NCBI GenBank assembly: GCA_022450005.1
Contig: JAKURE010000002.1
Coordinates: 892-64,891, forward strand
Direction: 5' to 3'
Length of the DNA stretch: 64,000 nucleotides
From: Halobacteriales archaeon
Lineage (GTDB): Archaea; Halobacteriota; Halobacteria; Halobacteriales; Hikarchaeaceae
Below the pieces are notes generated by a model. It ran no database searches and was not told the origin of the DNA. It saw only the letters and a program-made list of their open reading frames with translations. The position numbers and the translations under genes were made by a program. Below are positions 50,329 to 59,676 of the stretch, piece after piece (positions within the stretch are counted from its first letter, which is position 1; the number at the start of each line of letters is the position of its first letter).

Positions 50329-51000
50329 ATGGACTTTAGTACGTTTGTACTTGCTGCTAGTATGACTAGTTTAGATAATCTCCCCACCTCGGTCAATCAA
50401 GCAGATGCTATCGAATTCAGAATGGACCTTTCTCCCGATCCTTTAGCCGAATTATCCCAATATTCCCTCGACCTTCCTATTATTGCTACCAATCGTGTAG
50501 CACATGAAGGAGGGAACTGTCCAGAAAATGATTCTCGCATCGATCTACTCTGTGATGCTATGTCCAATCCTTCGGTCAAGGCAATAGACGTCGAATTCTC
50601 TTCCATCACTTCTGGGCACGGACAGCGAGCCATTGATCATGCACAAAAACACGACATTTCCACTATTATTTCGACACATAATTTTAATTCTACCCCCTCT
50701 CTGCTCGAACTAGAATCTATTTTGACAGAATCAACTAAAACAGGCGACGTTGGAAAGTTATCTGTCACAGCAGAATCTCCATCTGACATAACCAATCTTC
50801 TGGTAGCCACTTGGAACCAAACCCAATCAGGAAACCTTGTGGCAACGATGTCTATGGGGACACTTGGAAGTCATTCTCGTGTAATTGCACCCTTTTATGG
50901 TTCTAAAATTGGATATGCTCCTCTTGATTTAAACACCACCACCGCACCTGGACAATACAGCCTAGAAACCCTACGAAATCTGATAAATTCTTTATCTTAA
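50329..51000 (+). CDS. aroD: 3-dehydroquinate dehydratase, type I
   Basis: AIEFRMDL, IISTHNFNSTP and ATMSMGTLGSHSRVIAPFYGSKIGYAP fit the type I DHQase pattern. 223 aa. Confidence 0.8.
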   Translation: MDFSTFVLAASMTSLDNLPTSVNQADAIEFRMDLSPDPLAELSQYSLDLPIIATNRVAHEGGNCPENDSRIDLLCDAMSNPSVKAIDVEFSSITSGHGQRAIDHAQKHDISTIISTHNFNSTPSLLELESILTESTKTGDVGKLSVTAESPSDITNLLVATWNQTQSGNLVATMSMGTLGSHSRVIAPFYGSKIGYAPLDLNTTTAPGQYSLETLRNLINSLS

Positions 51001-51060
51001 CCTATTGCATACTCTCCTCTCACCGAAACATTAAATTCAATCGAACCGCATCAGACTCCT

Positions 51061-51447
51061 GTGATAGCCCGAAATAGGCGTCTGATAATCGCCATTTTAT
51101 TTGCTCTAATCTATCCTGGCTTGGGACATGTATATCTCAAGTCCTGGATACGAGCAGTAACTTGGATTCTACTCGCAATCGCCACTACAATTTTAGTCGT
51201 ACCCACTCCCATTATGGATGCAATTGAGTCTGGGGGAATATCTGTTATTTTCACCGATGCCGCCCAATTACCATTGGAAGCATATCTAGCCCTCGCGGCT
51301 GTTAATTTCTTGAACATAGTGGATGTATACATCCTCGCAAATGCACAAAAAAATACCAAAGAATCCTTTTCAGCATGCCCTACTTGTGGCAGAAATGTGG
51401 ATCCAGACTTATCATTTTGCCCCTGGTGCACCGCTGTTTTAGAATAA
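51061..51447 (+). CDS. small membrane protein with a C-terminal zinc ribbon
   Basis: GTG start. TM helices (IIAILFALIYPGLGHVYL...) and a C-terminal CPTCGRNVDPDLSFCPWC. Confidence 0.65.
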   Translation: MIARNRRLIIAILFALIYPGLGHVYLKSWIRAVTWILLAIATTILVVPTPIMDAIESGGISVIFTDAAQLPLEAYLALAAVNFLNIVDVYILANAQKNTKESFSACPTCGRNVDPDLSFCPWCTAVLE

Positions 51448-51506
51448 TTCTTTTGAAATTATGTTTCCAAAGAATTTTTGCCTCTCTCTATTTCAAATAG
51501 CTTATA

Positions 51507-52211
51507 GTGAAGTTTCCTTGGCAAAAATGGGATCATATCCTCAAACTAGATCCTGATAAAGATCTGCCCTCTGGTCTCTCTTATGAAGATGTATGCTCGA
51601 TAGGAACTGACGCAATCGAAATAGGTGGGACCACTGGGATTACTAGCTCAAAAATGGAGGAAGTAATACAAGCATGCAGCGATTTTAATGTCCCACTCTA
51701 TCAAGAACCTTCTAGTGTCGGCGCTGTCGTTCACCACGAAGGCTTAGATGGGTATCTCGTACCCATCGTTCTAAACGCAGATAGTTCTGCATGGGTTATC
51801 GGAGCACACAAAGAGTGGGCCAAACTAGACCCGAATATAGTTTGGGACTTGACCTGGACCGAAGCATACATAGTTTTAAATCCCGATTCTGCAGTTGCAC
51901 GTTACACTAATGCGGATTGTGACCAGTCCCCCGAAGACGTTGCAGCCTATGCCGAAGTAGCAGAGAAATTCCTTAACCAGCCCATAGTCTATATAGAATA
52001 TTCTGGAATGCTAGGCGATCCCAAAATAGTCAAATCCGCTCACGATGCTCTAACAGAATCTTCTTTATTTTACGGAGGTGGGATCTCAAATTACGATTCT
52101 GCATATCAGATGCGAAGCTGTTGTGACACCATTGTGGTAGGGAATACACTTTACAACGATGGGCTCGATGCTGTAATAGAAACCGTAAGTGGAGCCAAGG
52201 ATGCTGCATAG
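51507..52211 (+). CDS. geranylgeranylglyceryl phosphate synthase (PcrB/GGGPS family)
   Basis: WDHILKLDPDK, GTDAIEIGGT, PLYQEPS, YIEYSG and FYGGGI. GTG start. Haloarchaeal-type N-terminus. Confidence 0.85.
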   Translation: MKFPWQKWDHILKLDPDKDLPSGLSYEDVCSIGTDAIEIGGTTGITSSKMEEVIQACSDFNVPLYQEPSSVGAVVHHEGLDGYLVPIVLNADSSAWVIGAHKEWAKLDPNIVWDLTWTEAYIVLNPDSAVARYTNADCDQSPEDVAAYAEVAEKFLNQPIVYIEYSGMLGDPKIVKSAHDALTESSLFYGGGISNYDSAYQMRSCCDTIVVGNTLYNDGLDAVIETVSGAKDAA

Positions 52212-52262
52212 TCCCGATTATAAACATAGTATTTTAAACCTCACAAAGTAGTTAATTTCTAT

Positions 52263-53564
52263 ATGTATGACCGAACTTTAATTAATGCATCTTCTCCCGG
52301 AGATGAAATAACCGTAGTAGGGTGGGTCCATGAGGTGCGGGATTTAGGGGGACTTACATTCTTATTATTACGAGACAGAAGTGGTATCTTACAAGTAAAG
52401 TTCGAAAAAGAAACACTTTCTTCAGAAACGCTTTCTATACTCGATCAATTATACCGCGAAAGCGTCGTTCTACTAACTGGAACGGTTGTACCTGAAAAAC
52501 GTGCCCCAACTGGGATCGAAATGGTGCCTGAGACGATTGAAATTCTATCACTTTCTGATCCAAATCTCCCCCTTGACCCTTCCGGAAAAGTTACATCTGA
52601 ACTATCCACGCGACTAGATAAACGTTGCATTGACCTCAGACGAATCGAAACAAGAGCAATATTCGAAATTCGATCCGAGATCCAACGATCAATACGCCAA
52701 AGATTCTACGATATAGATTGTATTGAAATAAATACTCCAAAAATAGTCGCAACAGGAACTGAAGGCGGAACTGACCTTTTCCCCATCGCATATTTCGGAA
52801 AAGAAGCCTTTATGAACCAATCTCCTCAACTTTTCAAGCAACTTGTAGCTGGAGGCGGGGTCGAGCGCGTATTTGAAATAGGACCTATTTTTAGAGCAGA
52901 GGAACACAATACAACTCGTCACCTAAACGAAGCAACTTCAATCGACTTTGAAGCGGCATTTATAGACCATGAGATGGCAATGGAGGTTGCTGAAGATATA
53001 ATTTCAATTGCTTACCATTCCGTCTCTGAAAATTGCCCACAACAACTCCATACTCTCGGTCTAGATGGGCTATCTATTCCTGAAACACCCTTTCCAAGAA
53101 TTTCCTATGATTCTGCGATTGAAATAGCAAATGGCTCTAGTGATCTCTCCGAACCACTAGAGTGGGGAGATGATCTATCCACACAGGCAGAAAGAATCAT
53201 TGGGAGTACTATGGATACTCACTATTTCATAACAGATTGGCCTAGTGAAATCAAACCCTTCTATATCCAAAATTACGATGAATCCCCCGAAATATCAAAA
53301 GGATTTGATCTCATGCACCCTTTAATGGAACTAGTCTCTGGCGGACAACGAGAACATCGACACGATTCATTGATTGACGCCCTCCAAAACCAGGGACTCA
53401 ACCCTGGAGATTTCGAATTTTATGTTGACATGTTTCGCTATGGTATGCCTCCCCATTCTGGGTGGGGCATGGGCGCAGATCGACTTGTTATGAGTATGCT
53501 TCAATTAGAAAATGTACGTGAGGTTGTTCTTTTCCCCCGTGACCGAAATCGACTCGCCCCATAG
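52263..53564 (+). CDS. aspS: aspartate--tRNA ligase (archaeal type, probably non-discriminating)
   Basis: OB domain [24 protein letters not shown], class II motifs [11 protein letters not shown] and GGQREH, and [15 protein letters not shown]. Confidence 0.95.
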   Translation: MYDRTLINASSPGDEITVVGWVHEVRDLGGLTFLLLRDRSGILQVKFEKETLSSETLSILDQLYRESVVLLTGTVVPEKRAPTGIEMVPETIEILSLSDPNLPLDPSGKVTSELSTRLDKRCIDLRRIETRAIFEIRSEIQRSIRQRFYDIDCIEINTPKIVATGTEGGTDLFPIAYFGKEAFMNQSPQLFKQLVAGGGVERVFEIGPIFRAEEHNTTRHLNEATSIDFEAAFIDHEMAMEVAEDIISIAYHSVSENCPQQLHTLGLDGLSIPETPFPRISYDSAIEIANGSSDLSEPLEWGDDLSTQAERIIGSTMDTHYFITDWPSEIKPFYIQNYDESPEISKGFDLMHPLMELVSGGQREHRHDSLIDALQNQGLNPGDFEFYVDMFRYGMPPHSGWGMGADRLVMSMLQLENVREVVLFPRDRNRLAP

Positions 53565-53572
53565 AGCCAACA

Positions 53573-54412
53573 ATGCCTTCTCATTCTATCTCTACCTTCA
53601 TTCCTGCACACGTTTCATTATTCTTTTCACCCTTTTTGTCTCCCAATCCGATCGAATCTGGTTCTACTGGCGCTGGGATCACACTTTCCGATGGTCTGAC
53701 TTTTACAACTTCTCCTTCAAACGAGTCGTCACTGACAATAAACGGATCCAAAGTTCATATGGAAGTGGCAAATACAATCTTCAATTCCCTCCCTTCTCCA
53801 CTACACGTTGAGGCGCAGACGAAACTCCCCCTTGGATCTGGATTTGGACTTTCAGGCGCGGTCGCACTGGGGATTATATCATCCGCAAAAACGCTCCTCA
53901 ATTTACCATTCTCCCCCTCAGATATAGTGCGAATAGCCCATTCTGCCGATGTTTCTGCAGGAACTGGTCTTGGAGATGTAATGTCTCAGTCATACAGTGG
54001 CATTCCAATTCGAGTCAAACCCGGTGGACCGGGCCATGGAGTTCTTGAGAAAATACCTGGGACAAATCGAATTGAGTATCTTTCTTTCAATAGTATGGAC
54101 ACTTACACTATCCTCTCTGGAGACCTCTCTAAAATCCAATCTATAGGATCTGATTCATTACATTCCCTCTTACAAAATCCTTCCTTGGATTCACTATTTG
54201 ATCTCGGTTACAAATTTACTCTGGAGACCAATCTCATGACTCCTGAGATCGCAGAAACAATAAACACGGTTGTAGATTGTGGAGGAAAGGCGGCTATGGC
54301 AATGCTAGGGGAAACTGTAATTTCACTTGGAACTGGATTAAGTGATGCAGGATATACTCCCAATGTTTGTGAAATTTTTTCCCCCGAAAAACCACTTTTT
54401 GAGATAAACTAA
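53573..54412 (+). CDS. pantoate kinase (archaeal CoA pathway, GHMP family)
   Basis: FIPAHVSLFF, PLGSGFGLSGAVALG and AHSADVSAGTGLGDVMSQSYSG match my recollection of COG1829. It is adjacent to the phosphopantothenate synthetase gene. Confidence 0.8.
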   Translation: MPSHSISTFIPAHVSLFFSPFLSPNPIESGSTGAGITLSDGLTFTTSPSNESSLTINGSKVHMEVANTIFNSLPSPLHVEAQTKLPLGSGFGLSGAVALGIISSAKTLLNLPFSPSDIVRIAHSADVSAGTGLGDVMSQSYSGIPIRVKPGGPGHGVLEKIPGTNRIEYLSFNSMDTYTILSGDLSKIQSIGSDSLHSLLQNPSLDSLFDLGYKFTLETNLMTPEIAETINTVVDCGGKAAMAMLGETVISLGTGLSDAGYTPNVCEIFSPEKPLFEIN

Positions 54413-54442
54413 TTTTTCAAGCTTGGCAGCCATTTCTGCACT

Positions 54443-55189
54443 ATGGGAAATATTCCTTCTGACCATCCTAGGCATGCTTCACTCCTCTTGAGAGATCGAC
54501 TTATCTCTGGAATCCAGAATGGAATCACTAGCCAACATGGCTTGATAGCCCATGGGCGCGGAGAATCATTTGATTATCTATTATCTGAGCGCTCCTTGCC
54601 CACTGCAGACCAAGCCGCAAGAGCAGCAGCTGCCCATATCCTATTGGCAAAAAATCCTGTTATAAGTGTAAATGGAAATTCTGCAGCCCTTATTCCCGCC
54701 GAAATAGTGGCCCTTTCCAAACTCACCGGGGCCGCGATAGAAGTCAATCTGTTCCATCGAACGGAAAAAAGAATTGAATCAATCATTTCTCACTTAAACT
54801 CACATGGCGCATCTAATGTGAAAGGCCTCTCAACCTCTTCTCTAATACCTGGTATCTCTCACGATCGCGCAAAAGTTTCACAGGATGGATTATATGAGGC
54901 AGATGTTGTCTTAGTCCCCCTCGAAGATGGAGACCGCGCGGAAGCTTTTAATAAAATGGGAAAAATAACACTTGTCATTGATCTCAATCCTCTATCTAGA
55001 TCTTCTCAACTTGCTACTGTCCCTATAATCGACAATATAGTCCGTGCCATTCCCAATATCATCTCCCATTTTGAAAACATTTCTCAACTCTCCCCCAAGG
55101 AATTGATGGATATAACGATAAACTTCGATCGCGAAGCTGCACTCGAAGAATCGGAGAGAGTAATCCGAAACGGGATTAAAAAATTGTAA
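54443..55189 (+). CDS. 4-phosphopantoate--beta-alanine ligase (archaeal phosphopantothenate synthetase)
   Basis: IPSDHPRHASLLLRDRL, GLIAHGRGESFDYLL, PVISVNGNSAAL and IEVNLFHRT. Confidence 0.82.
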   Translation: MGNIPSDHPRHASLLLRDRLISGIQNGITSQHGLIAHGRGESFDYLLSERSLPTADQAARAAAAHILLAKNPVISVNGNSAALIPAEIVALSKLTGAAIEVNLFHRTEKRIESIISHLNSHGASNVKGLSTSSLIPGISHDRAKVSQDGLYEADVVLVPLEDGDRAEAFNKMGKITLVIDLNPLSRSSQLATVPIIDNIVRAIPNIISHFENISQLSPKELMDITINFDREAALEESERVIRNGIKKL

Positions 55190-55210
55190 ATATAAAATTA
55201 CAAATAAATT

Positions 55211-55792
55211 TTATTTTTTAAATTCAGGATCTAATTGAATCTTTGAAGCCTGAGGGCCTTCTTGATCTTGGTATTTCGACTCCCTACCCTTTCCATACGG
55301 ATTCTTTGCAGGCGTTTTTAATTCGGTAAATATTACTTGCGAGATTCTCATCCCCGGGGTCAGCGCAACAGGTGCGGTTCCTAAATTCGAGAGCTCTAGT
55401 GTTATCTGTCCCCGGTACCCTGGATCAATAACACCCGCAGTTGCATGTATCACTACTGCCAATCTACCTAGTGAAGACCTTCCTTGGACATGTGCAATAA
55501 GATCTGGTGGTATCTCCACCCGTTCTTTGGTAGTACCTAAAACAAAATCATTTGGATGCAGTATGAATTCTTCCCCTTCTTTTACAATTGTCTTCCGAAC
55601 GTATTCGGTAACCTCATTTTCTGAATTTGGATGGATGCACGGTATATTGGTCCGGCGAAATTCTAAAAATTCTTCTCCTAATTTTAAATCCACACTTGCA
55701 GGCTGAATTTGCAGATCTGGATCATCAAGTGGATCAATTACAATTTCTCCCTTTTCTATCCTCTGTCGAATATCTACATCAGAGAGTATCAT
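55211..55792 (-). CDS. dcd: dCTP deaminase (dUTPase superfamily)
   Basis: [12 protein letters not shown] is the typical Dcd N-terminus, followed by [18 protein letters not shown] and [17 protein letters not shown]. The track ORF is extended 7 codons upstream to GTG 55813. Confidence 0.9.
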   Translation of the reverse strand: MILSDVDIRQRIEKGEIVIDPLDDPDLQIQPASVDLKLGEEFLEFRRTNIPCIHPNSENEVTEYVRKTIVKEGEEFILHPNDFVLGTTKERVEIPPDLIAHVQGRSSLGRLAVVIHATAGVIDPGYRGQITLELSNLGTAPVALTPGMRISQVIFTELKTPAKNPYGKGRESKYQDQEGPQASKIQLDPEFKK

Positions 55793-55876
55793 CACACTGT
55801 ATGTCTTCGCCACCGAGATAAAAGTTCCCGCATGCAGCAGAATAGACTTTTATTTCACTATCGCCTCCGACTATTC

Positions 55877-56215
55877 ATGAAGCAGGCCATTTTAGCACGT
55901 TCCGATCTAGGTATGACTCCTGGAAAGCTAGCAGCCCAGGTCGCCCACGCTTCCCTTTCTGCATATTTAAAATCGGATAGCAAAACACAAAAAATTTGGA
56001 AACGCGATGGCCAAACCAAGATAGTCTTAAAAGCCCCCGACCAGAACGTCCTTTTCGAATTCAAAAAAATTGCAGAAGAGAACAATATCCCTGCTGCAAT
56101 TATAAAGGACGCTGGCCGAACTCAACTGGAGCCTGGAACTATTACAACTCTCGGACTAGGTCCTGCAGAGGATTCCCTCCTAGATGAAATCGTCTGTGAT
56201 TTATCTCTCTACTAA
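55877..56215 (+). CDS. pth2: peptidyl-tRNA hydrolase, archaeal type (Pth2)
   Basis: MKQAILARSDLGMTPGKLAAQVAHAS...IKDAGRTQLEPGTITTLGLGP. The track ORF 55709..56215 is an artefactual N-terminal extension that overlaps dcd. Confidence 0.9.
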   Translation: MKQAILARSDLGMTPGKLAAQVAHASLSAYLKSDSKTQKIWKRDGQTKIVLKAPDQNVLFEFKKIAEENNIPAAIIKDAGRTQLEPGTITTLGLGPAEDSLLDEIVCDLSLY

Positions 56216-57528
56216 TGCTTTCTTCTCTACCTGAAGAACAAATAATAGGAATTGACCATTTCATAAGCAATCATGCTGGTATTGGCGGATCTTTGAGAAA
56301 TACCCCCGAAGATTTTCAAGTCGATGAACTTGAAAACGTAGATTATAAACCACTCACTTCTGATCCTTCTACTTATCAGCACCTCATTTTCCGCGCGACT
56401 CTTTTAAATTGGGATACCAATTCCTTCGCCCGTGAATTATCTTCACATTTGGATGTCCCTCAGAATTATATTTCTTGGGCTGGGACAAAAGACAAACGCG
56501 CACTCACCACCCAACTATTCTCCCTGAAAAATACCGATCCAATTTCTCTTCCCACCATCCCTGATGCAACTATGCAACCTGTGGGCCGTTCGGGCAGAAA
56601 TTTATATTTTGGAGATTTAGCTGGAAACCATTTCGAAATTATTGTTCATGATCCTGCAAAAGTTAGTAATGCCTCTGCTATCACAGACGATCTCAAAAAC
56701 TTTGGAGGTGGGACTGTATCTTTTCCCAATTACTTTGGTCATCAACGTTTTGGTTCGATTCGCCCAATAACTCATCGTGTAGGACTATGCATCGCTCGCG
56801 GCGACTGGGAAGGGGCACTCATGTTCTATCTGGGAAATCCCTATATCTCCGAACCCAAGGAAACTCAAGAAGCCCGGTCCTTGGCCCAATCTACCCACGA
56901 CTGGGAACTTTCACTGTCTCTATTTCCCAAGTGGTTGCACTATGAACGTAATATGCTAAAATCTTTAATCCATACTGGGGGGAAAACAAAACACGATTAC
57001 AGAACCGCACTCGAAACGCTACCTCGGAATTTACAATTACTTCTCATCCATGCAGCACAGTCCTATATTTTCAATCGCATTTTAAGCCTTCGACTAGATA
57101 AAAAAATACCATTCCATCTAGCTACCGTTGGGGATACTGTTTGTTTCTCAAAACCTATCCATGGACTAAATCTCCCCAATATCACTAAGTTCCAAACTGC
57201 CACCTCAAAAAATTTGAATTCCCTCAATCGACATTTAGCAAGAAACAGAGCATTTGTCACCGCCCCACTTATTGGATCTGAAACCATACTAAGTCCAGGT
57301 TCTCCTGGGGAAATAGAACAAATAGCTCTAACTGAAGTAGGACTTTCCCCCTCTAGTTTCGACCTACCCGGCCTATTCAATTCTTTTGGTTCTTTACGAC
57401 CCATCCTAACAACAACCCAATTAGAATTTCAAGAGGCCCCCTTGACGTTTTCATTTGATCTACCACGAGGCAGTTATGCTACTGTATTTTTACGAGAATA
57501 TCTTAAATCTCCCCTCTCTCAAATGTAA
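56215..57528 (+). CDS. truD: tRNA pseudouridine synthase TruD/Pus7 family
   Basis: WAGTKDKRALTTQLFS contains the catalytic Asp motif, and NYFGHQRFG follows. Its start shares one nucleotide with the pth2 TAA. Confidence 0.85.
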   Translation: MLSSLPEEQIIGIDHFISNHAGIGGSLRNTPEDFQVDELENVDYKPLTSDPSTYQHLIFRATLLNWDTNSFARELSSHLDVPQNYISWAGTKDKRALTTQLFSLKNTDPISLPTIPDATMQPVGRSGRNLYFGDLAGNHFEIIVHDPAKVSNASAITDDLKNFGGGTVSFPNYFGHQRFGSIRPITHRVGLCIARGDWEGALMFYLGNPYISEPKETQEARSLAQSTHDWELSLSLFPKWLHYERNMLKSLIHTGGKTKHDYRTALETLPRNLQLLLIHAAQSYIFNRILSLRLDKKIPFHLATVGDTVCFSKPIHGLNLPNITKFQTATSKNLNSLNRHLARNRAFVTAPLIGSETILSPGSPGEIEQIALTEVGLSPSSFDLPGLFNSFGSLRPILTTTQLEFQEAPLTFSFDLPRGSYATVFLREYLKSPLSQM

Positions 57529-57530
57529 TT

Positions 57531-58619
57531 TTATTTCCATTTTCCTTTCGCCCATCTGATTGCTATTCCTATCACAATAATCAATCCAACATATCCAAAT
57601 ATCTGGCTGGCTATGAAAAAATACCCTCTATAAGATTCCAATTCTTGCCCTACTTCCAATCCCGTTTCCAATTTAGAGTATTCTGCTTCAGGCTCTTGAG
57701 AAATTCCATAGGCTATCTTTTCAATTGCAAGAATTATTCTGGGAGCTGGCTGATTAAGATGTTCTACCTGCACTACAACTATTTGATCCATCTGAGCCGC
57801 AGCTGTTTTCTGTATTATCTCATTATTTTTTATCTCCTCAATTTCATCAGAATTAATTATGATCCATTCTGGTTCATTCTGAACTATCAATTCCGCATTG
57901 AGTTGTCTGTATCCTGAAATCCCCATCAGTTTCGCACTATTCTTCGCCCCTGACTTCTCAATCACTTCGTCTATCAAAGTTTCTTCTCCTGCAGTCCACC
58001 CATAAAACACGTAAAGAACTATGGGTTTTTCTTTTCCTTTTGTCCCTTCATAGATACGATCCAAACTAGATTGCATCCACGTTGTGACTTCTTCCGCCCC
58101 TTTGCATTCTCCTGATAACTTGCCGATCAACCTGGTCTCTTCTATTATATCTTCAATTGTTCTAAGCTCGGAAGAATAGTACACAACCATTCCAGTTTCT
58201 CTGAGTTTCTCCACTGTCTTTCCAGGTATTATGCTTGGGGCCAAAACCAAATCCGGATTCAAAGAAACAACACTCTCTAAGATAATCTCTCCTTCTGAGC
58301 TAGAGATGACCACTTTTTCATCTGCCCCTTCTAAATACTCTGCGTAGTGGGTTATTCCAACCACTTTATTTTTCCCACCAATCTCCCACATGGTCTGGGC
58401 CGCACTAGGGGCAAGAGTCACTATTTTCTGCGGTTCTTTCTCAATCTCGACTAACACACCACTAGCATCAATCCCGCTTACTGGAAATGTACACAATTCC
58501 CCTATGTCCTTTTCTCCACTTTCAATTCCAACTGTTCCCATTATCAAAATAGATGTTATCAGTAAACAACAACATACAATCTCTATAATTCTCATATACT
58601 TATCGAACCGATTAAACAA
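57531..58619 (-). CDS. ABC-transporter periplasmic binding protein (siderophore/cobalamin type), membrane anchored
   Basis: KIVTLAPSAAQTMWEIGGKNKVVGI and LNPDLVLAPS are typical of the BtuF/FhuD-like PBP fold. It has an N-terminal signal-anchor and a C-terminal TM helix (GYVGLIIVIGIAIRWAKGKWK). The likely start is ATG 58595. Confidence 0.78.
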   Translation of the reverse strand: MFNRFDKYMRIIEIVCCCLLITSILIMGTVGIESGEKDIGELCTFPVSGIDASGVLVEIEKEPQKIVTLAPSAAQTMWEIGGKNKVVGITHYAEYLEGADEKVVISSSEGEIILESVVSLNPDLVLAPSIIPGKTVEKLRETGMVVYYSSELRTIEDIIEETRLIGKLSGECKGAEEVTTWMQSSLDRIYEGTKGKEKPIVLYVFYGWTAGEETLIDEVIEKSGAKNSAKLMGISGYRQLNAELIVQNEPEWIIINSDEIEEIKNNEIIQKTAAAQMDQIVVVQVEHLNQPAPRIILAIEKIAYGISQEPEAEYSKLETGLEVGQELESYRGYFFIASQIFGYVGLIIVIGIAIRWAKGKWK

Positions 58620-58705
58620 TAAAAATGTTATTAATGAAATTTATATTGATTTATTCCCATATCTTTAATACCTCTTATAAAATATGGGTCCCTCCCAAAA
58701 TATCA

Positions 58706-58712
58706 TTTAAAA
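58706..58712 (+). promoter_or_regulatory. candidate TATA box upstream of rpl37ae
   Basis: tttaaaa lies about 42 nt upstream of the ATG at 58751, in a 131-bp AT-rich divergent intergenic region. Pattern only. Confidence 0.3.
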
Positions 58713-58750
58713 GGGTTTATCTCTAAGTCGCCGCTACACACAATCTATCC

Positions 58751-59083
58751 ATGGCAAAAAAATCTGGTTCAGCTGGCCGATTTGGGGCTAGATACGGCCG
58801 CGTTGCCCGACGCCGAGTATCTGAAGTCGAAGCCCTCATGCGCGCTGATTATGCCTGCCCCAAATGTGGAGCATCCAAGTCCATCCACCGCGTGGGCACT
58901 GGAATCTGGGAATGCAGGCGAAAAAATTGCGATTACCGATTCGCAGGAGGCACTTATCGACCTGCTACACCCGGTGGTCTGCTTGGCAGTCGTTCAATCA
59001 CTCGTTCCGAAACTGAACCTTCTCCCGAAGAACTATTTCTCACAGCAGTACCGTCTGATTCTCCAACAGAGGTGGAAGAATAG
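58751..59083 (+). CDS. rpl37ae: 50S ribosomal protein L37Ae (eL43) with an acidic C-terminal extension
   Basis: [19 protein letters not shown]4 ribbon CPKCG...[19 protein letters not shown], then an extra tail of about 20 aa ending [10 protein letters not shown]. Confidence 0.93.
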   Translation: MAKKSGSAGRFGARYGRVARRRVSEVEALMRADYACPKCGASKSIHRVGTGIWECRRKNCDYRFAGGTYRPATPGGLLGSRSITRSETEPSPEELFLTAVPSDSPTEVEE

Positions 59084-59217
59084 TGGCATATAAATGTTCT
59101 CGCTGTAAACGAGACGTCGAATTGGAAGGAGTATTCGGGGTCAGATGTCCTTATTGCGGCCATCGAGTACTTCTTAAGGAGCGTAGTCCTTTGGTCAAAG
59201 AAACTCACATAAGGTAA
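59083..59217 (+). CDS. rpoP: DNA-directed RNA polymerase subunit P (Rpo12/RpoP)
   Basis: Absent from the ORF track (44 aa). The GTG at 59083 shares one nucleotide with the rpl37ae TAG. Translation: [44 protein letters not shown], the classic RpoP zinc ribbon in its canonical position after L37Ae. Confidence 0.82.
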   Translation: MAYKCSRCKRDVELEGVFGVRCPYCGHRVLLKERSPLVKETHIR

Positions 59218-59310
59218 CAGAGTTTCCCACCCTATCTCTCTCTTTTCCCAATCCTTGATCCGATTGTAGAAAACGCAGGTTTTTGAGTTCAGACTGTTTA
59301 CTGGATTTAA

Positions 59311-59658
59311 ATGTCAGAACAACTTACCCCTGAAGCACGGGAGAAATTAGAAAATCTTCAGGCATTTCAATCTAAAGCCCAACAAGTTACCGTACAAAAA
59401 CACCACACAGAAGCACAATTGGCAGAGAATAAATCGGCACTATCTGTTTTATCAAAAGCCGAAAAAGATGCTACTTTATACCGCCATGTAGGAAATTTAT
59501 TGGTCGAAACAGATCCGAAATCTGCCGAAGAAGATCTTAACCAACGTGTCGAAGCACTCGAAGTCCGGCTACAAACTCTCAATAAGCAAAGCGAACGAAT
59601 ACAAAAACAATTTGAAACTTTACAAAAAGAGATCCAGGAAATTTTAAATATTTCTTAA
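59311..59658 (+). CDS. pfdB: prefoldin beta subunit
   Basis: 115-aa coiled-coil / beta-hairpin / coiled-coil protein (LYRHVGNLLVETD in the central hairpin). It sits in the conserved position downstream of L37Ae and RpoP. Confidence 0.85.
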   Translation: MSEQLTPEAREKLENLQAFQSKAQQVTVQKHHTEAQLAENKSALSVLSKAEKDATLYRHVGNLLVETDPKSAEEDLNQRVEALEVRLQTLNKQSERIQKQFETLQKEIQEILNIS

Positions 59659-59676
59659 TTGATTTTCGTACTCTTT

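Noticed and set aside
55709-55876. The N-terminal 56 codons of track ORF 55709..56215, which would overlap dcd on the opposite strand.
   Set aside because: Pth2 family proteins begin at MKQAIL... (ATG 55877). The upstream extension has junk-like composition ([17 protein letters not shown]...) and lies within the dcd coding region and its promoter region.
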